Shown: in pieces, positions 1-8,586 of the stretch
Layout: each line of letters begins with the position of its first letter
Numbering within the stretch: position 1 is the first letter of the stretch
NCBI GenBank assembly: GCA_037441475.1
Contig: JBBISB010000001.1
Span: forward strand, 485,365 to 517,364
Length of the DNA stretch: 32,000 nucleotides
Source: Candidatus Iainarchaeum sp.
Lineage (GTDB): Archaea > Iainarchaeota > Iainarchaeia > Iainarchaeales > CSSED10-239
Reading direction: 5' to 3'
The notes under the pieces: model-generated
Told to the model about the DNA's origin: nothing
What the model saw: only the letters and a program-made list of their open reading frames with translations
The model's database searches: none
Position numbers and translations under genes: made by a program

Positions 1-608
1 TTTTTGCATATTTAATACCAATGCAGAAAGCAAAAATACGTGGAGTATATATTGATATTGAACTTCCATTTGCTTTAAGGCATATTGCAACTGAACTTCA
101 AGCTGGTATTGGTCTTTACAAGGTTTTACAGTCTGTTGCTGCAAATGATTATGGTGTTCTATCAGAGGAGATGAACAGAACAATCTTAGAGATTGAGAAT
201 GGTACAGACACAAAGACAGCTTTAAGACATGCTGCCTTAAGAAGTCAATCTAAAAACTATAATATAGCTTTATTCCATATTGTAAGAACCCTTAACACCG
301 GTGGTAACCTTGCAAACACAATCAGTAGTGTTGCAGATACAGTTTCTTTTGATCTTTTAGAGTCTGCTAAGACTTTTGGTGAAAAGATGAATTTTTTCGG
401 AATTATTTTTATTTTCATAGCAATTGTTTTACCTGTTTTTGCAGCAATTTTAGGTGCAATTGCAAATGCTCCATTAGGTCAAGATGGTGCGTTATTTTTA
501 CCAGGTGTAATGACTCCATTAACTTTAACTTTAATTTACTGTGTAGCACTTCCAATAATATTTATCTTCTTAGTATACTATATTAAGATGATTGAACCAA
601 AGATGTGA
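1..608 (+). CDS. Type II/IV secretion GspF/TadC/FlaJ-like pilus assembly membrane protein, 5' truncated by the window edge
   Basis: Frame is open upstream of the ATG at 21 (reads FAYLIP before MQKAKIRG); IDIELPFALRHIATELQAG...GVLSEEMNRTILEIENG pattern plus C-terminal TM helices typical of GspF-domain proteins; TGA stop. Confidence 0.8.
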   Translation, partial: FAYLIPMQKAKIRGVYIDIELPFALRHIATELQAGIGLYKVLQSVAANDYGVLSEEMNRTILEIENGTDTKTALRHAALRSQSKNYNIALFHIVRTLNTGGNLANTISSVADTVSFDLLESAKTFGEKMNFFGIIFIFIAIVLPVFAAILGAIANAPLGQDGALFLPGVMTPLTLTLIYCVALPIIFIFLVYYIKMIEPKM

Positions 609-615
609 TTTAAGA

Positions 616-1512
616 ATGGCAAATACATTAACTAGATATCAAGTATTTTTATATACTTTAAAAATAAAGATTCCAGCAAGGGTATGGATAACTTTAATAT
701 TTTTAGCAAGTTTCTTTTTAGGTGTTTTAGGGTACTTGATTGATCTTAAGATAGGTATGTTATTTTTTGTAAATGGTTTGGTTTTAGGTATTGGTCTTCC
801 AATGTATATTTACTTTAATAAAATAAGAACTATTGAAAGATACTGGCCAGATGCCTTAAAGTTAATTGCAGACACCATGAAGGCAGGTTCTTCCTTTGAT
901 TATGCTTTAAGAGAGGTTTCTACTGCTGATTTTGGTCCTCTTTCCTTTGAGATTAATGAGGCTATAAGAAGACTTGAAATGGGGGCCACCACGTCTGTTG
1001 CCTTAAGTTACTTATCTATGAGAATAGAGTCTAAGATAGTTAGAAGAACAATTACTTTAATACAAGAATCATTAAGAACCGGTGCACAACTTGCAGATGT
1101 TTTAGATGAAATTGCAAACGACACTAAACAACTTTTCAGAGTAAAGAAAGAAAGACAAACAAAAACAATGCTTCAAACAATTTTTATTGTTGCAGCATCT
1201 TCAATAGTTGCTCCTTTCATTTTTGGAATGACAAGAGTAATTACTGGTTTTTTAACCGATATTGCAACCTCTTCAGGTATTGCTTCAGCAAAGGCTTTAG
1301 CAGTTTCTTTAGATGCTCAAAAAACAATTTTCTTTTTATTAGATATATATATTGTTATACAGATATTTGCAGCTTCTACAATGATAAGTGTTATGAGGGA
1401 AGGAGACTTAAGTTACATAGTTTTATTTTTCCCTGTCTTAATAACCATAGGTTACATTGTTTATTTTTTAGCTCAATTTGCATTGAACTTAATGCTTTCA
1501 GGAATGGTTTAA
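616..1512 (+). CDS. Second GspF/TadC-like pilus assembly membrane protein
   Basis: ORF 592..1512; ATG at 616 (MANTLTRYQ) is a likely start. YWPDALKLIADTMKAGSSFDYALREVS...GPLSFEINEAIRRLEMG...RTLIQESLRTGAQLADVLDEIANDTKQLFRVKKERQTKT is GspF-like; C-terminal TM helices. Confidence 0.8.
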   Translation: MANTLTRYQVFLYTLKIKIPARVWITLIFLASFFLGVLGYLIDLKIGMLFFVNGLVLGIGLPMYIYFNKIRTIERYWPDALKLIADTMKAGSSFDYALREVSTADFGPLSFEINEAIRRLEMGATTSVALSYLSMRIESKIVRRTITLIQESLRTGAQLADVLDEIANDTKQLFRVKKERQTKTMLQTIFIVAASSIVAPFIFGMTRVITGFLTDIATSSGIASAKALAVSLDAQKTIFFLLDIYIVIQIFAASTMISVMREGDLSYIVLFFPVLITIGYIVYFLAQFALNLMLSGMV

Positions 1513-1513
1513 A

Positions 1514-1693
1514 ATGAAGTCTAAGATAAAAAGATTAATTAAAGAGAATAAAGGACAAGTTTCCTTGGAGTTTATTATAGTTTTAGGAGTAGTTATCCTT
1601 GTTGCCTTAACTGTTGGTATTTTCTTGAAGCAGACTTCTTCAAAGAATGTAAGAACAGCAACAGAGTATCAAAAAAATTTTGACAATAGTTGA
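1514..1693 (+). CDS. Short class III signal-peptide prepilin-like protein (59 aa), not in the ORF track
   Basis: ATG at 1514, TGA at 1691; translation MKSKIKRLIKENKGQVSLEFIIVLGVVILVALTVGIFLKQTSSKNVRTATEYQKNFDNS; GQVSLEF motif followed by hydrophobic helix. Confidence 0.8.
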   Translation: MKSKIKRLIKENKGQVSLEFIIVLGVVILVALTVGIFLKQTSSKNVRTATEYQKNFDNS

Positions 1694-1846
1694 ATATGAG
1701 GGTTTGGATTAATGAAAAGAAACATATATAAATATATCGTATGTATTATTTTAATTAATTTAGCATTACATTAAAGAAAATCTTAAATGAAAAGATTATA
1801 CACTTTATGTGTGATATTTAAAAAAAATAAGAAAGGTGTTTAAAAA

Positions 1847-2368
1847 ATGAATAAAAAATATAAAGGACAAGGTGCTTTAGAGTATCTTCTTTTAATAGGC
1901 GGTGCAGTATTAATCGCTGTTATTGTTATTGCATTACTTGTTGGTATGGGTGGACAATCAAGAGATTCTGCTGCAGCTCAAGCTGAAAAGGCAAATCAAG
2001 CAACAGATGTTCCTCAACCATCACAAATAGTACAAGTTTTAGCTCCATACGCTAATTGTGTTTCAGCAACAGGCGTTGCAGATTTTACCTTCTCATGGAG
2101 GCCTTTAGGTGAAGGTGGAAGTCACGAAGTTATCGTAAAAGATTCAAATAATAAGGAATATACCGGCGCTGATTTAACAGTTACAACTTCTGCAGGTGTT
2201 GCAATGGTTACTGATGATTTAAATCCAAACGAAGTAAATGGTTTAAATGTTGCATTAACATTAGATGCTGGTAGCAAATGTGGTGACTCATACTACTTAT
2301 ATATTAAAACAACAAAGAATAACCAAACAGTAACATCACAAGGTTATAGATTCAGTTGGATTAATTAA
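1847..2368 (+). CDS. Class III signal-peptide pilin-like protein with beta-sandwich ectodomain
   Basis: MNKKYKGQGALEYLLLIGGAVLIAVIVIALL matches the archaeal class III signal pattern (QxxxEYL); upstream GAAAGGTG. Confidence 0.85.
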   Translation: MNKKYKGQGALEYLLLIGGAVLIAVIVIALLVGMGGQSRDSAAAQAEKANQATDVPQPSQIVQVLAPYANCVSATGVADFTFSWRPLGEGGSHEVIVKDSNNKEYTGADLTVTTSAGVAMVTDDLNPNEVNGLNVALTLDAGSKCGDSYYLYIKTTKNNQTVTSQGYRFSWIN

Positions 2369-2381
2369 GTAGTAAGTTAAG

Positions 2382-2408
2382 AATATAGCTTTTAAGCTAT
2401 ATTTTTTT
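2382..2408 (+). terminator. Hairpin plus T-tract downstream of pilin gene
   Basis: Perfect 10-bp arms aatatagctt / aagctatatt with tight loop, running into TTTTTTT. Confidence 0.6.
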
Positions 2409-2560
2409 ATTTTCACAAAAGTATTTTAAAAAAACAAAATCAGTTATTTAAATTAAAACAATATCAGTAAAAAACCTAACAAAAATTAAAATTATATTTA
2501 TTAAAGAAATATTATTAAAAAAATAAAAATTATAAAAAATTAAAAAGAGGCGAAAATATT

Positions 2561-3001
2561 ATGTTTTTTTCAAAAGACAAATCAAAAGGACAAGGTGCCT
2601 TAGAATATTTATTAATTATTGGTGGTGCACTTGTTGTTGCAGTAACAGTAATTGTTTTAGTTGTTAGTATGAGCGGATCTAATAGAGATAAAGTTGCTGC
2701 TCAAGATGAAACACTTTCACAAGTAATCGATAACACAATAACCCCTCCTATAGTAAACATTATAGATTGTACTACAACTCAAATTAGATTTACCTTAAAT
2801 TCTAGTGATACTGTATTCAGTTATGTTGTTAACGGCGGGACTCCTACTACTGTGCCTGGAGCTGTAAATGGTGTTTACACAATTTCAGGAATTAGTCCGG
2901 CAGTAACTTCTGGTAATAGACATACTTTAACTGTAGCAACAGTTAAGGGCACTAAAATGTCAGCCTTCTCAAAACCAGCATCAACATGTAGAGTGCCATA
3001 A
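2561..3001 (+). CDS. Class III signal-peptide pilin-like protein with Fn3-like ectodomain
   Basis: KSKGQGALEYLLIIGGALVVAVTVIVLV; ectodomain PPIVNIIDCTTTQIRFTLNSSD...; upstream AAGAGGCG. Confidence 0.85.
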   Translation: MFFSKDKSKGQGALEYLLIIGGALVVAVTVIVLVVSMSGSNRDKVAAQDETLSQVIDNTITPPIVNIIDCTTTQIRFTLNSSDTVFSYVVNGGTPTTVPGAVNGVYTISGISPAVTSGNRHTLTVATVKGTKMSAFSKPASTCRVP

Positions 3002-3025
3002 ATATAAAATGAGTTTGAAACAAAT

Positions 3026-3220
3026 ATGATATATAAAAAATTACAAGATATTCTAAATGATCAAAAAGGTCAAGTGTCAATAGAGTATCTTGTGATGATC
3101 GTCTTTGGTATGATTCTTGTTATAACAACAGGAATAGTTATCTTAAACCTTAATACCTTCATAACTGTTGCAAAATCAAAAATATTAACTTATAGAGATA
3201 ATATCTTGTCTTCTTTATAA
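3026..3220 (+). CDS. Short class III signal-peptide prepilin-like protein (64 aa)
   Basis: DQKGQVSIEYLVMIVFGMILVITTGIVILNL; TAA stop. Confidence 0.8.
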   Translation: MIYKKLQDILNDQKGQVSIEYLVMIVFGMILVITTGIVILNLNTFITVAKSKILTYRDNILSSL

Positions 3221-3242
3221 AAACCTATAAATTATTTTTAAA

Positions 3243-4367
3243 ATGATGTTTAATTTTACTTTCTTTATTTTTTCAATAACCATTCTATTTCTAATAGTAG
3301 CAGTAATCTATGATGTAAGAAAAAGAATAATCCCAAACCCTTTAGTCTTAACTTTATTAATAATAGGTATTATTACAAAAATAATACAGTCAATTGTTCT
3401 TAATAATCTTAATATTCTATTAAATTCTTTATTATCCTTTGCAGTAACCTTCTTTGTAAGCTACGTGCTTTGGGAAACAGGGTTCTTTGCAGGAGGAGAT
3501 TTAAAATTATTCTCTGCTTTAGCTGTCCTTAACCCATTTAACCTTAACTTCTTTGCATCCTCTCTTTCCTTTGGCATCATAACCCATCCTTTCTTTGTCT
3601 TAACCTTGATCATTGTAAGTATTTTATCCACCGCCCCTGTTCTAATCATTCACTCTCTTTACTTGTTTATTTTCAGAAAGCATCATTTCATTCTTTGGGA
3701 CATCTTAAAATCCAAAAACACTATCTTTTCTTTCATTAGCTCAGTTTTAGTTTTGTTTCTTATAAGTTCTTTCTTACACATTTTTTCTTTAACCATTTCT
3801 TTTCTTTTTTATTTTTTATTCTCAATTGCTTTTTTATTGTTTTTCAGGCAACTAGAGAAATACAATGTTAAGTTCTTTTATTACATCATAACTATTTTCT
3901 ATTTACTTTTAATAGCGTCTGCAATATTCTTTAAGCTAAAAATATTTTCCTTTTATAATCTCTTAACCATAATAATAACCATTAAAGTATTATTTTTAGC
4001 AATAACAATCTACAAGATAATCTCAACTAGAATCTTAGTTGAGAAAAAGAAAATTTATGAGCTTAAGGAAGGAGATGTTGTTTGGAACAATTACTATAAA
4101 ATTAACAATAAAGTTATTGAAAAGAAGGTTACTTTTTTTGGTTACTTTAAACAAATTATTAAAAATACTTATTCCAATAACTTAGTTTTAGACTCAAAAA
4201 AAATAGGTGGTTTATCTTCAAAAGACATAACCTTTTTAAAGAGTTCTTACAAACATAATTTAGAGAAAGAGGTGCTTTTAAAGAGGACACTCCCATTTAC
4301 CCCCTCAGTTTTTTTTGCATACATTTTACTAAATGTTTTAGGGGATTTTATTTGGATGTTTTTTTAA
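3243..4367 (+). CDS. Archaeal prepilin/preflagellin peptidase, A24-type (GxGD aspartic protease), with C-terminal extension
   Basis: VIYDVRKRIIPNPLVL (first Asp region) and FFAGGDLKLFSAL (GGD motif), multiple TM helices, located among prepilin genes. Confidence 0.85.
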   Translation: MMFNFTFFIFSITILFLIVAVIYDVRKRIIPNPLVLTLLIIGIITKIIQSIVLNNLNILLNSLLSFAVTFFVSYVLWETGFFAGGDLKLFSALAVLNPFNLNFFASSLSFGIITHPFFVLTLIIVSILSTAPVLIIHSLYLFIFRKHHFILWDILKSKNTIFSFISSVLVLFLISSFLHIFSLTISFLFYFLFSIAFLLFFRQLEKYNVKFFYYIITIFYLLLIASAIFFKLKIFSFYNLLTIIITIKVLFLAITIYKIISTRILVEKKKIYELKEGDVVWNNYYKINNKVIEKKVTFFGYFKQIIKNTYSNNLVLDSKKIGGLSSKDITFLKSSYKHNLEKEVLLKRTLPFTPSVFFAYILLNVLGDFIWMFF

Positions 4368-4396
4368 AAAAAGCAAAAGAAGGATGTGCATGATTA

Positions 4397-4879
4397 ATGA
4401 AGAATAGAAAAGGGCAAATTGCCATAGAATATATTGTTTTAATTGCTATATTACTATTATTTTTTCAAGCAGTAATATACCCTAATGTGACATTCTCTGA
4501 AAACATGATAAATGATATTTATTCAATAACCCAAACAAAACAATCTTTTGAAAAACTAGGTGACGACCTCTCTTCTTTCTCAAGTACACCTGGTTATGGT
4601 AAAAGACTAGTTTATTTCTATCTTCCACCAAGCTCTTCAATAACAGGGTGTAGTGGAGGCGTAAACTCAATTATCACTTACACCATAAACATTTCTTCTC
4701 AAATACCAAAACCTAATATATCTGCTTGTAACAGGACTACAAACATCTGTACTTTTGAAAAACAAATTTTTATTTCAGGAGCAAACATTACTTGTGAAAA
4801 TATAGGTCCTGGGTTTAATGGTTATTTATCTGTTGAAAAATTAGCAAACGGAGCATTTAATGTTTCTAAAGCAAACTAA
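4397..4879 (+). CDS. Class III signal-peptide pilin-like protein
   Basis: MKNRKGQIAIEYIVLIAILLLFFQAVIYP. Confidence 0.8.
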   Translation: MKNRKGQIAIEYIVLIAILLLFFQAVIYPNVTFSENMINDIYSITQTKQSFEKLGDDLSSFSSTPGYGKRLVYFYLPPSSSITGCSGGVNSIITYTINISSQIPKPNISACNRTTNICTFEKQIFISGANITCENIGPGFNGYLSVEKLANGAFNVSKAN

Positions 4880-5222
4880 AGCACAAACCAGTCTTGAGTT
4901 TTTAATTATTGTTTTAGCTTTGATATTAATAGCCATGTCTGCAACATTATTTTTATTATCTACTTTTGATATAAATGTTGGTCTTTACAAAGTAAAAAAT
5001 AAAACCATTCAGTTTATAGCAAACGATTCAAGGCCACTTGTAATTTCAGCAGTAACTTATGCTTATAATACAACAGATCTTAATTTCACTGTTATTTTAA
5101 AGAAAGCAGATGCCTCTATTACCTGTCCAACACTTACAGACTATAATTATTCTTCTTTAGAAAATGAGGTTGATAAAAGAACAAAATATAATAATATTAA
5201 TGTTAGAATTATTTGTAATTAA
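4860..5222 (+). CDS. Class III signal-peptide pilin-like protein
   Basis: KAQTSLEFLIIVLALILIAMSATLFLL; overlaps the previous ORF by 20 nt. Confidence 0.8.
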   Translation: MFLKQTKAQTSLEFLIIVLALILIAMSATLFLLSTFDINVGLYKVKNKTIQFIANDSRPLVISAVTYAYNTTDLNFTVILKKADASITCPTLTDYNYSSLENEVDKRTKYNNINVRIICN

Positions 5223-5235
5223 AGGTGCTTTGTAA

Positions 5236-5730
5236 ATGGATAAACATATCTTATATTTAGAAATTATTTTTTTAGCCTCAATAGTGGTTAACTTAATTGT
5301 TCCTGGTATGTTATTTCTAAAAATACTTTTAATGCTTTTAACCTTTTTATTCTTCTATAAAGAGCTTGAAAGCTACCCATATATTAAAAACAAATACGTG
5401 TATATAGGTATTGGTTTTACAAGTATCTTACTTTTGTTTATAATAGCAGATTACATTACTCACATTTATTTTTTAGTTTTCTTTATGTGTCTTGTAGTAG
5501 CTTACCTTTATTTATTCAAAATTTTATTTAATGAAACATACGGCGTGGTTGTAAAGAGCACAGATAAAGAAGTTACCTTTAAGCTAGAAGATCCTTTCTT
5601 TTTATCTAAGAAAGAATATTCTTTAAAATACTCAAGGAAAGTAGCAGTAGGGTCAACAGTTATAATTCAACTATCAACATTTTTCATAAACAAAAAACCA
5701 ATTAAGATAAAGAAAATAATTTCTAAATAG
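5236..5730 (+). CDS. Multi-pass membrane protein of unknown function in the pilus neighbourhood
   Basis: 164-aa ORF with several hydrophobic helices followed by a soluble C-terminal segment (GVVVKSTDKEVTFKLEDPF...); TAG stop. Confidence 0.6.
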   Translation: MDKHILYLEIIFLASIVVNLIVPGMLFLKILLMLLTFLFFYKELESYPYIKNKYVYIGIGFTSILLLFIIADYITHIYFLVFFMCLVVAYLYLFKILFNETYGVVVKSTDKEVTFKLEDPFFLSKKEYSLKYSRKVAVGSTVIIQLSTFFINKKPIKIKKIISK

Positions 5731-5749
5731 TTTTTTTAAAAAATAAAGC

Positions 5750-6118
5750 ATGGATGTAACAAAACTAAATAAGTTTTTAATTTTTCTAACAGTTGCTTCT
5801 CTTTTTGCTTTATTCCTTTTAACCGCTTTTTTTAAAACCCCTGAAATCAATCTTCTTGAAGATAATTCTCTTTATTTAGAAAAGTAGGTTTCAGTAACAG
5901 GAGGTGTAAAACATTTAGATGTAAAAGAAAATAATTTATTTTTTTCTATATGTAATCTTTCAAACTGTTTACCTGTTGTTTACTTTAACCCTTCTAAAAC
6001 AAACTTACATTTACTTGAAAAAGCATACCTTGAAAAGAAAACCTTGAAGGTAACCGGTAAGCATACTCTCTATAATGGTAAAGAAGAAATTATTTTATAT
6101 AAATATGAGATTAAATGA
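5750..6118 (+). pseudogene. Membrane-anchored OB-fold-like protein interrupted by an in-frame TAG (5885-5887)
   Basis: ATG 5750 reads MDVTKLNKFLIFLTVASLFALFLLTAFFKTPEINLLEDNSLYLEK[TAG]VSVTGGVKHLDVKENNLFFSICNLSNCLPVVYFNPSKTNLHLLEKAYLEKKTLKVTGKHTLYNGKEEIILYKYEIK, ending TGA 6116; both sides share one frame. Confidence 0.6.
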
Positions 6119-7290
6119 TTCTTGAGATAATCCTTGGAGTAATAACAGGTTTTCTTTTTGGTTTAATCCCTTCAATGCACATTAACTTTGTTTCTTACTT
6201 GTTTTTATATTTTGGTTTATTTTTAGTTTTTCCTGATAAATTTTATTTTTTCCTTTCTCTTTCAATCTATCAGTTAATAACAAGTTACCTTCCACAAACT
6301 TTTTTCTCAGTTCCAAACACAGAAAACATAATGTCTTTATTTCCCTTGCATAAGATGTTTCTAAAAGGGCTTTCGAGGGTATTTTTTTAGATTTTCTTGG
6401 TTCTTTTTTTGGCGCTATCTTTGCCCTATGTTTCCTGTTTTACTTTATCTTCTTTTCTCTTCTTTAATAGGTTTTAGTTTTCTAATATCTTTTGCCATTC
6501 TATTTACTCTCTTTAGTTTTTTATTTTTGAAGAAAGTAACAAAGATAGGTTAATTGTTTTATTTATTTTCCTATCTTCTTCTCTTCTAGGTCTTTTAACC
6601 TTGAAATACAATTATTTTTTAAAAGAGCCATTATTTGTTTGTGTGGTTGGTTTGTTTACTCTTCCTCTTTTAATAAAATCTATTTTTGAAAAGCATAAAA
6701 AAGTTTTTCAAGAAACAAAAGAAAATTTTTCTTTCCCTTCCTTAGAGGCTCTCAAGCTTTCTGTTGTCGGCTCTCTTTCCTCCCTTCTAATAATCTTAGT
6801 GCCTTCCTTTTCTTCCTCTCAAGCAGGTACAATTGTTTCAAGGTTTAAAACTAATTTTTCTTCTAAACAATACATTGTTCTTTTTTCAAGCATCTCCATA
6901 AGCGCTTTAATCTTCTCTTATTTTCTTGCAATGTTTTTTATAAGCCAAGGCTAGGTATATAGCTATTCTTTTAATGGAAAAACAGGTTCTCTCTAGGGGG
7001 ATATTTTCTTTTTTATAATAACTGTTTTGCTTTCAGTTTCTTTTTCCCTCTTACTTTTAAACTCAGTTTTAAAAGATATTATAAGGTTTATTAATTCAAG
7101 AGATTTAAATAAAATAAATATTTTATTTTTAATATTTTCAGTTACTTTAGTTGTTTTAATCTCAGGATGGCTCTCTCTTCCTTTTTTATTTTTAAGCACC
7201 TTAATAGGTTTTCTTCCTTTACAGTACAATAAATCAAGGGTGTTGTTAATGGCCTATATAATGCTACCCACCCTTTTATTTTATTTATAG
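6115..7290 (+). pseudogene. Archaeal TctA-like (tripartite tricarboxylate transporter permease-like) membrane protein, interrupted by several inferred frameshifts
   Basis: ITGFLFGLIPSMHINFVSYL..., GSFFGAIF, IFLSSSLLGLLTL, FISQARYIAILLMEK and ISGWLSLPFLFLSTLIGFLPLQYNKSRVLLMAYIMLPTLLFYL resemble the archaeal TctA-like pattern, but only when frames are switched at about 6388, 6465, 6550, 6950 and 7015. Confidence 0.65.
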
Positions 7291-8027
7291 ATATTTAACT
7301 TAAGAATAAAAGCAAGTAATCTATTCTTAAAACCTGGCGCGAAAACAACCTTTCTTTTCTTAAGTGCTTTAATAGATCCTCTGACAACCTCTTCTGCTTC
7401 CATGTACATAAAGGAAGGTAAGACCGGTAGCATAGTCTTAAAGATAGCTGTTTTATCAAAGTTTGTTTTTGTAGACCCAGGGCAGAGTGCTTGAACTTTA
7501 ATTTTTTTATTTTTTTTATTAATCTCATCTTGAAGGTTTCTTGAGAAGTGAATGATGTATCTTTTTGTGGAGTTATAAATAATGTTATTTTTTGCTGTAA
7601 ACAAATAACATGCTAATGAAGCTACATTGATGATTACTCCTTTATTTCTTTTAAGCATGTAAGGTAGTGCTGCTCTTGTAAGTAAAGTGGTCGCAAAGAT
7701 ATGCACATTTATCATGTCCTCTGTAACCTTTAAATCAACTTCACTAAAAGGTACTCTATTTCCAAACCCTGCATTATTAACTAAAACATCAATATTTTCT
7801 TTTTCTATTTTCTTTGCAAGTCTTTTAATCTCTTCAGGAACTGAAAGGTCACATAGATAATACTCGCAGTTGATGTTATATCTTTCCTCAAGATCCTTTT
7901 TAATCTCAATAAGTGCTTCTTTGTTTCTTGCAACTAAAAGCAAATCCTTTTTTTCTTTTCCAAACTGATAAGCATATTCTTTTCCAATCCCACTTGAGGC
8001 CCCAGTAATTAATATTTTCTCTCTCAT
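7281..8027 (-). CDS. Short-chain dehydrogenase/reductase (SDR)
   Basis: ITGASSGIGKEYAYQF (TGxxxGxG), NNAGFG, and catalytic S-x-Y-x-x-x-K region (YNSTKRYIIHF). Confidence 0.9.
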   Translation of the reverse strand: MREKILITGASSGIGKEYAYQFGKEKKDLLLVARNKEALIEIKKDLEERYNINCEYYLCDLSVPEEIKRLAKKIEKENIDVLVNNAGFGNRVPFSEVDLKVTEDMINVHIFATTLLTRAALPYMLKRNKGVIINVASLACYLFTAKNNIIYNSTKRYIIHFSRNLQDEINKKNKKIKVQALCPGSTKTNFDKTAIFKTMLPVLPSFMYMEAEEVVRGSIKALKKRKVVFAPGFKNRLLAFILKLNIYK

Positions 8028-8094
8028 GTTTCTTTCCTTCCTTTTTATTTTCCTTTTAACAATAAATATATACTTTAAAGACTATATATATTTT

Positions 8095-8484
8095 ATGGCT
8101 GATTGGTATATTTACAAAGACGTTCTTGAAAGCATAATGGAGTTTTCAAAAAGCTTTTACCCTAATGAATTTTCAGGAATGCTAGTTTCTAGAAATAATA
8201 TTTTTCAAGATATATATATAATACCACAAACAAAGAGTAATGAAAATTCAGCAACTATTAGGCTTGACTTTGTACCACTCTCTCTTTCCATTAATGGTTC
8301 AGTTCACTCTCACCCTTCAGGTGGAGGAGAGCCTTCTAGAGAAGATCTTTCTTTCTTCCAATCTAAGGATATTAACATAATTGCCTATTATCCATTCTCT
8401 CTTTACTCCTTTAAGGCCTATGATTCTAATGGTAAAGAGATCAGTTTAGGCGTGATATTACGCGAAGAAAGCAAAAATTTATAA
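8095..8484 (+). CDS. JAMM/MPN (Mov34/PAD-1-like) metalloprotease family protein
   Basis: NEFSGMLV upstream Glu and HSHPSGGGEPSREDL = H-S-H-P-x6-S-x2-D JAMM motif; ORF 8026..8484 with probable start ATG at 8095 (MADWYIYKD). Confidence 0.85.
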   Translation: MADWYIYKDVLESIMEFSKSFYPNEFSGMLVSRNNIFQDIYIIPQTKSNENSATIRLDFVPLSLSINGSVHSHPSGGGEPSREDLSFFQSKDINIIAYYPFSLYSFKAYDSNGKEISLGVILREESKNL

Positions 8485-8586
8485 ACCTGCCGACACAAAA
8501 AATTTAAACATTTTGTAACATTAGTTATTTTAGAGCAAATAACTTCTATTTTCCAATTTATTTTTTAAAAGGAGGACAAGTTTACC

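Noticed and set aside
6115-7290. Genome-wide reassignment of TAG to an amino acid, based on five TAGs in one reading frame
   Set aside because: Frame-switched translation matches TctA-like motifs much better and removes the stops. TAG also appears at natural ends of the 5236 ORF, dnaJ, the M6 protease and this gene itself, and the DsbA-like gene contains TAA, so a uniform TAG recoding model is not supported.
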